64,000 nucleotides of DNA from Vicinamibacterales bacterium (lineage in GTDB: Bacteria > Acidobacteriota > Vicinamibacteria > Vicinamibacterales > UBA2999), in contig DASRJR010000215.1 in the NCBI GenBank assembly GCA_035649395.1, positions 2,318 to 66,317 of the forward strand. The letters are read 5' to 3'. The notes beneath the pieces are model-generated. The model was given only the letters and a program-made list of their open reading frames with translations, was not told where the DNA came from and did no database searches. Position numbers and translations under genes: made by a program. This document shows positions 10,858 through 20,059 of the stretch, piece after piece; position 1 is the first letter of the stretch, and every line of letters begins with the position of its first letter.

Positions 10858-11697
10858 GTGGCCTGCCCGCTCTGCGACGACAGTGGATGGAAGACGATCG
10901 AGCTGAACGGCGTGTCGCGAGTCACGCGTTGCGATTGCGTCCGAGATCGCACCGTCGATCAACGGCTCCGCGATGCGCGTATCCCTCCTCGATATCAGCG
11001 CTGCACACTCGATAGCTTCGTCACGTATCAGAACGAGGAGCTGCTCCGTGCGGTCGCATCGGCGCGCCGCTTCTGCGAGTCCTTTCCCGTCGTCGAGAAA
11101 GGGATGATGCTCATCGGTCCGCCCGGCATCGGCAAGACCCACATCGCCGTCGCGGTTTTGCGCGACGTCGTACGCCGCACCGGTGCACGCGGCATGTACT
11201 ACGACACCCGGGCACTGCTGCGCGATATTAGGAGCACCTACAACCCTGTGACACATACCGCCGAAATGGATGTGATTCGGCCGGTGATGGAAGCGGAGCT
11301 GCTCGTGCTCGACGATCTTGGCGCCGAACGTCTGACGGACTGGGTCGAAGAGACGATGAGCTCGATCGTGAACACGCGGTACAACGAGCGGCGGCCGACG
11401 ATCTTCACGTCGAACTACGAAGACGTGCCCGATGAGGGCGAGTTGAACTCGCTGCTTGTCCGGGTCGGTTTTCGCCTCCACTCCCGTTTGCGCGAGATGT
11501 GTGAGTTCCTCGAGTACGACGGTCCCGACTACCGGAACCTCCCGCCCAATGGCGGTGCCGAAGACTTATACAAGCTGTGGAAGGCGCAGCCGCGACGCAA
11601 GCTACCGGCGCGGTCGCAGGGCCAGGCGCGGGCGCAGATGAAAGCACCCAAAGAGAAAGTTGACCTGAAGTGGTCGGGCGGGAGGGCGGGAACGTAG
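10858..11697 (+). CDS. DnaC/IstB-like AAA+ ATPase with N-terminal Cys motif (probable helicase loader)
   Basis: CPLC...CDC, Walker A GPPGIGKT, Walker B LLVLDDLG, TIFTSN, RLHSRL. Confidence 0.85.
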   Translation: MACPLCDDSGWKTIELNGVSRVTRCDCVRDRTVDQRLRDARIPPRYQRCTLDSFVTYQNEELLRAVASARRFCESFPVVEKGMMLIGPPGIGKTHIAVAVLRDVVRRTGARGMYYDTRALLRDIRSTYNPVTHTAEMDVIRPVMEAELLVLDDLGAERLTDWVEETMSSIVNTRYNERRPTIFTSNYEDVPDEGELNSLLVRVGFRLHSRLREMCEFLEYDGPDYRNLPPNGGAEDLYKLWKAQPRRKLPARSQGQARAQMKAPKEKVDLKWSGGRAGT

Positions 11698-11718
11698 TAA
11701 TTCTGCATTCTGCATTAC

Positions 11719-12855
11719 ATGTCGTTAGGCCTCTACCTCCACATTCCCTTCTGCTCCGCGATCTGCAACTACTGCAACTTCAATCGAGGTCTGTTCGACG
11801 CTGAACTGAAGCAGCAGTATGTTGCTGCGCTCAGAGAGGAGATTCACCAGCGAGCCGACGGAGCGTCCGCTGATACGGTGTTCTTTGGCGGGGGGACGCC
11901 GTCGTTGTTGGAACCGACGGAGATCGCGGACCTCATTGAAGCGTGCCGCGCTGGGTTCGCCCTGAGCCCCGACGCCGAGATCACGCTCGAGGCCAACCCC
12001 GAGACCGTAAGCGACGAGCGGCTGGCTGGCTTCCGACGCGCCGGCGTGAATCGATTGAGCTTCGGTGTTCAGTCGTTTCGTGATGAGGAACTGCTGCGTC
12101 TCAGCCGGCTGCACTCGGCCGCTCGGGCTCGGGACGCGTTTCGCCAGGCGCGACGGGCCGGGTTCGACAACATCTCGCTCGACCTGATGATGTGGCTGCC
12201 GCAGCAGTCCCTGCCCGACTGGCTCGCCTCGGTCGAGGGGCTGATCGAGCTGTCGCCGGACCACGCCTCCCTCTATCTGCTCGAGATCTACCCGAACGCA
12301 CCGCTGCGCGATGCGATGGCCCGGGCCAAATGGTCGCTCGCCCCCGACGACGACGCCGCGGACATGTACCTGCAGGCGATGGAACGGCTCGACGCGGCGG
12401 GCTACGCCCAATACGAGATTTCCAACGTGGCTCGCCCGGGTCGTGAATCGCGGCACAATCTCAAATACTGGACCGACGGGGAGTGGCTTGGATTCGGCTG
12501 CGGGGCGCATTCGACGAGGAATGGCGTCCGTGAGAAGAATGTTTCCTCCACAACGGAGTACATCGCGCGCGTGGCTGATAGAGGACAGATGGCCGCGGAG
12601 CGGCGCGAGCTCACGGCGCAGGAGCGGGTCGAGGAGGCGCTGTTCACCGGACTGCGGCTCTGCCGGGGCCTCGACCTGACAGAGGTCAAATCACGGTATG
12701 CCGTGGATGTGCGGGCCGAGTATGGCGGCGAACTCCAACCGTTCGTGGAAGGCGGTCTCTTGATCTATGATGGCGGCCGCATGCGCCTGACGCGGGCAGG
12801 AATGCTTCTTGCTCACGAGGTCATGACCGTTTTCATAAACTCGTCCGTACGCTAG
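11719..12855 (+). CDS. hemW: Radical SAM heme chaperone HemW (HemN-like)
   Basis: LYLHIPFCSAICNYCNF, GGGTPS, YEISN, HNLKYW; no HemN N-terminal extension. Confidence 0.9.
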   Translation: MSLGLYLHIPFCSAICNYCNFNRGLFDAELKQQYVAALREEIHQRADGASADTVFFGGGTPSLLEPTEIADLIEACRAGFALSPDAEITLEANPETVSDERLAGFRRAGVNRLSFGVQSFRDEELLRLSRLHSAARARDAFRQARRAGFDNISLDLMMWLPQQSLPDWLASVEGLIELSPDHASLYLLEIYPNAPLRDAMARAKWSLAPDDDAADMYLQAMERLDAAGYAQYEISNVARPGRESRHNLKYWTDGEWLGFGCGAHSTRNGVREKNVSSTTEYIARVADRGQMAAERRELTAQERVEEALFTGLRLCRGLDLTEVKSRYAVDVRAEYGGELQPFVEGGLLIYDGGRMRLTRAGMLLAHEVMTVFINSSVR

Positions 12856-12967
12856 CATGCGGGGTCTCCGCCGCGCAGGTTGCGCGGTGGAGTTGGATTC
12901 GCGGGGGTCCCCGTCGATGGCTTGCGCGAACGGGGTGTGATGACCGGCTATCCGAGGAGGCTCGACG

Positions 12968-13426
12968 ATGCGACGACTGTCCGGAGTGTTATTGGCTGGC
13001 GCGATTCTCATGTTGCCGGCGTTTTCGCCGCACGCGTTTGCTCAGGGAGCGGCGCCTCAGAAGTTCACGCTGGACGGCGACCTCGCGCTGTGGAGCGTGG
13101 CGATCCGTCCGGATAAGACGGGCGAATACGAGAAGATCCTCGCGAAGGTGAAAGAGGTGCTGAGCAAGTCGGAAGCGCCGGAAGCGAAGAAGCAGCTCGC
13201 CGGCTGGAAGGTGATGCGCAGCTCCAAGCCTATGCCCGACGGCAATATCATCTTCACCCACGTCATCAACCCGGTGCCCGGCGCCGACTACAACATCCTC
13301 CAGGTGCTTTACGCCTCGATCACGGATCCAATGGAACAGCGAACGCTGTACGACATGTACAAGGCGGCGTTTGCGGCCAACCTGGGTGTGTCGAGCGGGA
13401 CCATCGCGGCGGACCTGTCGAAGTAA
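12968..13426 (+). CDS. Exported hypothetical protein (paralog A)
   Basis: Strong SD GAGGAGG, signal peptide ending AFA; similar to the downstream ORF. Confidence 0.8.
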   Translation: MRRLSGVLLAGAILMLPAFSPHAFAQGAAPQKFTLDGDLALWSVAIRPDKTGEYEKILAKVKEVLSKSEAPEAKKQLAGWKVMRSSKPMPDGNIIFTHVINPVPGADYNILQVLYASITDPMEQRTLYDMYKAAFAANLGVSSGTIAADLSK

Positions 13427-13476
13427 GCCTCGTCCCTCGTCGCGTCGAGCCGACGCGGGTGCGAGCGCATAGAATC

Positions 13477-13516
13477 AAGAGCCACGGGCGGCATAGGCCG
13501 TTCGTGGCTCTTTTTT
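13477..13516 (+). terminator. Intrinsic terminator
   Basis: 16-bp stem AAGAGCCACGGGCGGC/GCCGTTCGTGGCTCTT (two G-U pairs), ATAG loop, T run. Confidence 0.8.
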
Positions 13517-13533
13517 CGTGCAGGGGGAATTTG

Positions 13534-14112
13534 ATGCCTCGGCCGGTCGTCCTCTCCGCCATCATCGTGTGTGCGACGTGTGCGACGCTCGTCGCGTCGC
13601 AGCAGCAGCCGGCAGCGCCCGCTGGCGCGAAGCCCGCACCAGCACAGCCCGCGCCCACACAGCCCGCCCCGGCGGCGCCTGGTCAACCGGGCGCGCCGCC
13701 AGCGCAGACGCCTACGCAGAGCCGTACGTTCACCGCCCCGGCCGGCCTGCTGTTCAACACCGTGCGACCGGAGCGCGTCGCCGATTTCGAGAAGGTCATG
13801 GCGTACTTGCAGGCGGCGCTCGAGAAGTCGACCGACGAACGCGTCCGTGGCCAGGCCGCCGGGTGGCGCATCTTCAAAGCGACCGAGAGCGTGCAGGGGT
13901 CGGTGATCTACGTGTATCTGTTCGATCCCACGGTAGTCGGCGCGGACTACGGCATCGGCCAGATCCTGGCGAATGCGTACCCCCCCGAACAGGCGGAGCA
14001 GATCTTTAAACTGTATCGAGACTCCTTGTCGGGCGGCGGCAGCTTGTTGAACATGACACCGGTCAAGCCAGTACCGCCACCGCCGCTGGAGCCGGTGAAA
14101 GCGAAGCCCTGA
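13534..14112 (+). CDS. Exported hypothetical protein with Pro/Ala/Gln linker (paralog B)
   Basis: Signal peptide from ATG 13534, QPAP repeats, core domain similar to 12968..13426. Confidence 0.78.
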   Translation: MPRPVVLSAIIVCATCATLVASQQQPAAPAGAKPAPAQPAPTQPAPAAPGQPGAPPAQTPTQSRTFTAPAGLLFNTVRPERVADFEKVMAYLQAALEKSTDERVRGQAAGWRIFKATESVQGSVIYVYLFDPTVVGADYGIGQILANAYPPEQAEQIFKLYRDSLSGGGSLLNMTPVKPVPPPPLEPVKAKP

Positions 14113-14121
14113 ACGCCCGGC

Positions 14122-14601
14122 CTAGAACTTCAGATTGGCGCCGACGTAGACGCGGTGGACCGTCGAGAAGAGTGGATCGCCTCTGAGGGTGAACACTCGG
14201 TAGTCGACGCGCGCTCGCAGCGGGCCAAGCAGCCTGATCTTCGCGCCGCCTCCGGTATTCGCGCCGAAGCTCGTATCAGAGAGGTCGCCGAGTCGTTCTC
14301 GATACACGCCGGCTCCGGTCGTGAAGTACGGCTGCATACCGAAAACCGCGATCGGCGACTGCACGAGCACGTTGCCCATCCCCGTTCGCAGCGATGGCGC
14401 ACCCTCGGTTTCATCTTCGCGGCTGTCTGAGTATTCGAATTCGAAGCCGATGACGAGCAGCCCCGCGCCGAAGGCGAATCCGCGCGCGGCGCGATTGGAT
14501 GGCGTCGTCGATGTGCCGATGAAGAGCGTCGCGTCCGCCCAGGCGGAAGATGAGCTCGCCAGCAGGAGGACGACAACAAGAAGCGGTCGGACGAGTCGCA
14601 T
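14122..14601 (-). CDS. Small outer-membrane beta-barrel protein
   Basis: Signal peptide ending AWA, alternating amphipathic strands, terminal Phe (VGANLKF). Confidence 0.75.
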   Translation of the reverse strand: MRLVRPLLVVVLLLASSSSAWADATLFIGTSTTPSNRAARGFAFGAGLLVIGFEFEYSDSREDETEGAPSLRTGMGNVLVQSPIAVFGMQPYFTTGAGVYRERLGDLSDTSFGANTGGGAKIRLLGPLRARVDYRVFTLRGDPLFSTVHRVYVGANLKF

Positions 14602-14630
14602 ATCGAATGATACGATCCTCGTGCCTTACT

Positions 14631-14653
14631 GTCGGGCCGCCTTTAGGCGGCCC
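14631..14653 (+). repeat. REP-like palindrome (degenerate tetramer)
   Basis: GTC-GGGCCGCC-TTTA-GGCGGCCC; same stem as the 8074 copy. Confidence 0.65.
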
Positions 14654-14663
14654 TCAGTCATCG

Positions 14664-15806
14664 ATGGACGTCGCATTCACCACTGAGCAGGACCTGTTAC
14701 GCCGCAGCATTCGCGAATTCGCGGAAGCTGAACTGCGTCCCCACGTCATGGAATGGGACGAGGCCCAACAGTTCCCGCCGTCGCTGCTCTCCAAGTGCGC
14801 CGAACTGGGCCTGATGGGCATCCAGTTTCCCGAATCGTATGGCGGCGCGGCGATGTCGGCCGTGGATTACTGCATCTGCATCGAAGAGCTTGCGCGTGTC
14901 GATCCGTCGGTGTGTCTCTCGGTCGCTGCTCACAACGGCCTTGGCGCGTCGCACATCTTCATGTTCGGGAACGAGGCACAGAAGCAGAAGTATCTGGTGC
15001 CGCTTGCCAGTGGACGCCAACTCGCCGCGTGGGCGTTGACCGAGTCGACCGCTGGCAGCGACGCCGCCTCGATGCGCACGACGGCCGTTCGCGACGGCGA
15101 CGGCTGGGTGATCAACGGCACGAAGCAGTTCATCACGCACGGGCGCACGGGCGACGTCATGGTCGTCATGGCGGTCACCAGTCGCACGAAGGGGAGCCGT
15201 GGCATCTCTGCGTTCATCGTCGAGCGCGGCAACCCGGGTCTGCGTGCGGGCAAGAAGGAAAACAAGCTCGGGATGCGGTCGAGCGAGACGAGCGAGGTCG
15301 TCCTCGAACAGTGCCGCGTGCCGGCCGATCACCTGCTCGGCGTCGAGGGGCAGGGTTTCATCAACGCCCTGCAGGTGCTCGATGCCGGGCGCATCGGCAT
15401 CGCCGCCCTCGCCGTCGGTCTGGCGCAAGGTGCGTACGAAGCGGCACGGCACTACGCCTTTGAGCGACGGCAGTTCGGTCAGCCGATCGGCACGTTCCAA
15501 AGCATTCGCGCGAAGCTGGTCGACAGCGCGATGCGCATCGAGGCAGCGCGTCTGCTCACGTTTCGAGCGGCGGCGATGAAGGATGCCGGTGAGCGGACCA
15601 CGCTCGAAGCGGCGATGGCCAAGCTCTATTCGAGTGAAGTGGCGGTCCGCGTCGCCGAGGATGGCGTGCAGATTCACGGCGGCTACGGTTTCGTGAAGGA
15701 CTACCCGGCCGAAAAGTACTTCCGCGACGTGAAGCTCACGACGATCGGCGAGGGCACGAGCGAGATCCAGCGCCTCGTCATCGCGCGACAACTGCTGCTG
15801 GCGTAA
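14664..15806 (+). CDS. Acyl-CoA dehydrogenase
   Basis: [42 protein letters not shown]; start ATG 14664. Confidence 0.95.
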   Translation: MDVAFTTEQDLLRRSIREFAEAELRPHVMEWDEAQQFPPSLLSKCAELGLMGIQFPESYGGAAMSAVDYCICIEELARVDPSVCLSVAAHNGLGASHIFMFGNEAQKQKYLVPLASGRQLAAWALTESTAGSDAASMRTTAVRDGDGWVINGTKQFITHGRTGDVMVVMAVTSRTKGSRGISAFIVERGNPGLRAGKKENKLGMRSSETSEVVLEQCRVPADHLLGVEGQGFINALQVLDAGRIGIAALAVGLAQGAYEAARHYAFERRQFGQPIGTFQSIRAKLVDSAMRIEAARLLTFRAAAMKDAGERTTLEAAMAKLYSSEVAVRVAEDGVQIHGGYGFVKDYPAEKYFRDVKLTTIGEGTSEIQRLVIARQLLLA

Positions 15807-16783
15807 TGGGGGACCCCGTTACAGTCCCCGACGGTGTGCTGGCCGGCGATCAGCGCGCGGTGGCGCGGGCCATCTCACTCGTCGAGAACGACGCCGTCGC
15901 GGGCGCACAACTGATTGGTCGCCTCTATCCTCATACCGGCAAGGCCTACACGGTTGGCGTGACCGGCGCGCCGGGAGTGGGGAAGAGCACGATCGTCGAT
16001 CGTCTGACGACCGTCGTTCGTCGCGCCGGGCTGACGGTCGGCGTGATCGCCGTCGATCCGACGAGTCCGTTTACCGGCGGCGCGGTACTCGGCGATCGCG
16101 TCCGCATGAGCACGCATGCGGGCGACGCCGGCGTCTTCATCAGGAGCATGGCGACCCGCGGACACCTCGGCGGTCTTGCCAGCGCGACGGCCGACGCGAT
16201 CGCCGTGCTCGACGCATCCGGCAAAGACGTGATCATCGTCGAGACCGTCGGCGTCGGTCAGGACGAAGTCGACATCGTCAGCACCGCGGATGTGTCGCTC
16301 GTCGTGCTGGTTCCGGGCGCCGGCGACGACGTGCAGGCGATGAAAGCGGGGATCATGGAAATCGCTGACGTGTTCGTCGTGAACAAGGCGGACCGGGAGG
16401 GGGCCGACCACGTCGTGCACACGATCGCGGCAAGTCTATCGCTCAAGACCTTCGGACCGTCCGACTGGCGGCCGCCGATCGTGAAGACAGAGGCAACGAA
16501 CGGCGTTGGAATCGAGATGCTGTGGGAAGAGATCGGACGGTTCAGGCAGCGGCCTGGAGCCGAACGCGACGCCCGCCGCCGTGCCCGTGAATCGGCGCGG
16601 CTACGGCGGTTGCTCTCGCAGCGGCTGGTTCAGCGCGTCGAGGAGCATTCGCCCGTCGGCGAGATCGATCGGCTCGTCGATGCCGTGGTGGCGCGTGAAC
16701 TGGACCCGTACGCCGCCGTCGAGCGTCTGGTGAGCGGCATGCTCCCAGTGCACGATTCAAGGTTCAAGGTTCAGAGGTCGTGA
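15806..16783 (+). CDS. meaB: Methylmalonyl-CoA mutase-associated GTPase MeaB
   Basis: GAPGVGKS, VDPTSPFTGGAVLGDRVRM, ETVGVGQDE, NKAD. Confidence 0.95.
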   Translation: MGDPVTVPDGVLAGDQRAVARAISLVENDAVAGAQLIGRLYPHTGKAYTVGVTGAPGVGKSTIVDRLTTVVRRAGLTVGVIAVDPTSPFTGGAVLGDRVRMSTHAGDAGVFIRSMATRGHLGGLASATADAIAVLDASGKDVIIVETVGVGQDEVDIVSTADVSLVVLVPGAGDDVQAMKAGIMEIADVFVVNKADREGADHVVHTIAASLSLKTFGPSDWRPPIVKTEATNGVGIEMLWEEIGRFRQRPGAERDARRRARESARLRRLLSQRLVQRVEEHSPVGEIDRLVDAVVARELDPYAAVERLVSGMLPVHDSRFKVQRS

Positions 16784-18045
16784 AGGCCACGCTCGATCAC
16801 GTGGGCATCGCCGTTCGCGACGTGCACAGAGTTCTCGCGTTCTATCGCGACGCGCTCGGCTTCGAGGTGGAGGATCCCGAAGACGTCGCGTCACAGCACG
16901 TGCGCGCGCGCTTTCTTCCGGCCGGTGGCGCGGCCCTCGAGTTATTGGAAGCGACCTCTCCGGAATCGCCGATTGCGCGATTCATCGACAAACGCGGTCC
17001 GGGGATCCACCACATCACGCTGCGCGTCGACGACATTCACGCTGCGCTCGAGCACGTGAAGACGCACGGCGTCCGATTAGTGGACGAGCAGCCGAGACCC
17101 GGTGCAGAGGGTGCGCTGGTCGCGTTCATTCATCCCTCGGCGGCCGACGGCGTCCTCGTCGAGTTGAAGCAGCCGGCGCGCCGCGGTCCGACGCTCGTCG
17201 TCAAGAGCCACGTGCTCGGCGACCTGCGGCTGACGTCGCTCCACGACGGCGGCTTCCGGCTCGACGGCGGTGCGATGTTCGGCACCGTGCCGCGCCCACT
17301 CTGGGAAAGAGTCGCGCCTCCTGACGATCGGAACCGCATTCAACTGGCGATGCGGCCGTTGCTGGTCGAAGCGTCATGGGGGCGACTGATCGTCGACTGC
17401 GGAGCGGGCGACAAGATGGGGCCGAAGCTGATCGACATCTACGCACTCGACCGCAGACACCATCTCGAGCATGCGCTCGCGCAGGTTGGCCTCGATTCGA
17501 ACGCGATCGACGTTGCGCTGGCGACGCATCTGCACTTCGACCACTTCGGCGGCGCCACGACGCGAGTCGGCGACGTGGTGCAGCCGCGCTTCTCACGCGC
17601 GCGCTACTTGATTCGCGCCGCGGAGTGGGAGGACGCGACGCATCCGCACGAGCGCAATCGCGCGAGCTATCTGCAAGAGGACTTCGTGCCGCTGAAAGAA
17701 GCCGGTGTGGTCGATTTCTATCCAGACGATCGGGTCATCACGCCAGGGGTCCGTGTCGTCCGCACCGGTGGGCATACCGGCCAGCACCAGATCGTCTTCT
17801 TGGAATCCGGCGGGAAGACCGCGGTGTTCGTCGCCGATCTCATTCCGACGACGGCCCACCTGTCAGACCCGTGGATCATGGGATACGACCTGTTCCCGGT
17901 CGACACCCTGATGTTCAAGAAGCGCTTCATTCGAGAGGCGATCGATCGTCAGTACTTGGTGTTCTTCGAGCACGACCCGCATGTCGCCGCCGGCTACATC
18001 AGGGAAGACGCGCAGGGAAGACGCTCGGTCGAACAAGTGCTGTAA
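16780..18045 (+). CDS. mce: Fusion of methylmalonyl-CoA epimerase (VOC) and a YtnP-like metallo-beta-lactamase-fold hydrolase
   Basis: N-half LDHVGIAV, LELLE, GPGIHHI, GVLVEL; C-half LDGGAMFG, THLHFDH, GHT, WIMGYD; one open frame. Confidence 0.88.
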   Translation: MKATLDHVGIAVRDVHRVLAFYRDALGFEVEDPEDVASQHVRARFLPAGGAALELLEATSPESPIARFIDKRGPGIHHITLRVDDIHAALEHVKTHGVRLVDEQPRPGAEGALVAFIHPSAADGVLVELKQPARRGPTLVVKSHVLGDLRLTSLHDGGFRLDGGAMFGTVPRPLWERVAPPDDRNRIQLAMRPLLVEASWGRLIVDCGAGDKMGPKLIDIYALDRRHHLEHALAQVGLDSNAIDVALATHLHFDHFGGATTRVGDVVQPRFSRARYLIRAAEWEDATHPHERNRASYLQEDFVPLKEAGVVDFYPDDRVITPGVRVVRTGGHTGQHQIVFLESGGKTAVFVADLIPTTAHLSDPWIMGYDLFPVDTLMFKKRFIREAIDRQYLVFFEHDPHVAAGYIREDAQGRRSVEQVL

Positions 18046-18062
18046 ACTCCTAAAGCCTGTTC

Positions 18063-18085
18063 GTAGCGTCCGGCTTGAGCCGGAC
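18063..18085 (+). repeat. GTAG-type REP palindrome
   Basis: GTAG-C-GTCCGGC-TTGA-GCCGGAC. Confidence 0.75.
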
Positions 18086-18110
18086 CGGCACGCATTCAGC
18101 CCGGAGCGCA

Positions 18111-18980
18111 ATGGAACACGTTCACATCGGCATCATCGGCGGCAGCGGTCTGTACGACATGGCCGACGTCACCGACCGCAGCGAAGTCACATTCACGACA
18201 CCATTCGGCGAGCCGAGCGGGCCCTATCTGCTCGGCACGCTGCGCGGCAAGCGCGTGGCGTTCCTCTCCCGACACGGCGCCGGCCATCGGCTGTCGCCGT
18301 CGGAGCTCAACTACCGCGCCAATATCTTCGGCATGAAGATGCTCGGCGTCGAGTACCTGCTCTCGGCCAGCGCCGTCGGCAGCTTGAAAGAGGAACTGCC
18401 GCCGCTCGACATCGTGATGCCGGACCAGTTCATCGATCGGACGAAGGGACGTATCAGCACGTTCTTCGGCCGCGGGCTGGTCGCGCACGTCGCCTTCGCG
18501 CATCCGATTTGCCGCCACCTCAGTGAGATCGCGTACGAGAGCGGCCGCCGCGCCGGCGCCAACGTGCACAAGGGCGGCACCTATGTATGCATGGAGGGGC
18601 CGCAGTTCTCGACCCTGGCCGAATCCCGGCTGTACCGCTCGTGGGGCGCCGACATCATCGGCATGACGAACCTGCAGGAGGCGAAGCTCGCGCGCGAAGC
18701 GGAGATCTGTTACGCGACCATCGCGCTCGTGACCGACTACGACTGCTGGCATCCCGACCACGACCACGTGACGGTCGAGATGATCATCGCGAACCTGACG
18801 CAGAACGCAAAGACGGCGCAGCAGATCATCGCCGGGGCGGTCGAGCGGCTGCCATACGAACGGACGTGTGAGTGTGCGTCGGCACTCAAATACGCGCTGA
18901 TCACGCGTCCCGACTGCATCCCCGCGCAGGTACGCGAGGAGCTCGCCCCGATCGTCGGCAAGTACCTTGCGCAGGTCTGA
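18111..18980 (+). CDS. mtnP: S-methyl-5'-thioadenosine phosphorylase
   Basis: [38 protein letters not shown]. Confidence 0.92.
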   Translation: MEHVHIGIIGGSGLYDMADVTDRSEVTFTTPFGEPSGPYLLGTLRGKRVAFLSRHGAGHRLSPSELNYRANIFGMKMLGVEYLLSASAVGSLKEELPPLDIVMPDQFIDRTKGRISTFFGRGLVAHVAFAHPICRHLSEIAYESGRRAGANVHKGGTYVCMEGPQFSTLAESRLYRSWGADIIGMTNLQEAKLAREAEICYATIALVTDYDCWHPDHDHVTVEMIIANLTQNAKTAQQIIAGAVERLPYERTCECASALKYALITRPDCIPAQVREELAPIVGKYLAQV

Positions 18981-19025
18981 TCGCGCGACGCCTGCCTCAA
19001 TTCATTGAAAGGATAGAGACCTCTG

Positions 19026-20018
19026 ATGAACAGCCCACGGTTCGACGTCACTGCGATCGGCAATGCCATTGTCGATGTCCTGGCCAGAGCGGACGATGCG
19101 TTGCTCGCTCGGCACAACCTTGCCAAGGGAGCGATGTCGCTCATCGATGGTGAAACCGCCGAACGGCTGTACAGCGTGATGGGGCCTGGCACAGAGAAGT
19201 CGGGTGGGTCGGCTGGCAATACTGCTGCGGTCGTCGCCGGGCTCGGCGGTCGTGTCGCCTATATCGGCAAAGTGGCCGACGATCAGCTCGGCCAGGTGTT
19301 CACGCACGACATCAGAGCGATCGGAGTCACCTACGACACGCCACCGCTGAAGGGCGGCCTGCCGACGGCGCGCAGCTTGATCTTCGTGACGCCCGATGCG
19401 CAGCGGACGATGCAGACCTATCTCGGCGCGACGACACAGCTCGGGCCCGAAGACGTGAACATGGACTACATCACGTCGTCGAAGGTCGTCTATCTCGAGG
19501 GGTACCTCTGGGACCAGCCGCGCGCCAAGAAGGCGATGCGCGACGCGGCGATCAAGGCACAGCAGGCCGGCGTGAAGGTTTCGCTCACGCTCTCGGATGC
19601 ATTCTGCGTGGCACGCTTTCGGGACGAATTCCTCGAGCTCGCCGAGAAGCACGTCGATATCCTGTTCGCGAACGAGAGCGAGATCCTCTCGCTGTACCAG
19701 GTGGATCGCTTCGACGACGCGTTGCAGCGCGTGCGGAAGCACTGCGAGATCGCGGCGTTGACCCGGAGCGAGAAGGGCTCCGTGATCGTGAACGGCGACG
19801 AGGTGCACATCATCGATGCCGAGAAAGGCGTCAAGGTCGTCGACACGACGGGAGCCGGCGATGCGTACGCGGGCGGCTTCCTGTACGGGTACACGCAGGG
19901 CTTGGACCTGGTGACGTGCGGCCGCCTCGGCGGCCTGATGGCGGCCGAGGTGATCAGCCACCTGGGCCCACGCCCCGAGGCCGATCTGAAGAAACTCGCG
20001 GCATCGGTGTTGGCGTGA
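19026..20018 (+). CDS. PfkB-family nucleoside (adenosine-type) kinase
   Basis: IGNAIVD, GGSAGN, QRTMQTYLGA, FANESE, VDTTGAGD. Confidence 0.88.
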   Translation: MNSPRFDVTAIGNAIVDVLARADDALLARHNLAKGAMSLIDGETAERLYSVMGPGTEKSGGSAGNTAAVVAGLGGRVAYIGKVADDQLGQVFTHDIRAIGVTYDTPPLKGGLPTARSLIFVTPDAQRTMQTYLGATTQLGPEDVNMDYITSSKVVYLEGYLWDQPRAKKAMRDAAIKAQQAGVKVSLTLSDAFCVARFRDEFLELAEKHVDILFANESEILSLYQVDRFDDALQRVRKHCEIAALTRSEKGSVIVNGDEVHIIDAEKGVKVVDTTGAGDAYAGGFLYGYTQGLDLVTCGRLGGLMAAEVISHLGPRPEADLKKLAASVLA

Positions 20019-20019
20019 T

Positions 20020-20043
20020 GTGGGGTCCGGCTTCAGCCGGACC
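20020..20043 (+). repeat. REP-like palindrome between convergent genes
   Basis: GTGG-GGTCCGGC-TTCA-GCCGGACC, followed by a partial second copy. Confidence 0.7.
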
Positions 20044-20059
20044 TGGCCTCAGCCGGACC

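Noticed and set aside
10858..11697. IS21 element or prophage suggested by the IstB/DnaC-like ATPase
   Set aside because: No istA transposase, terminal inverted repeats or phage genes nearby; the neighbours are housekeeping genes
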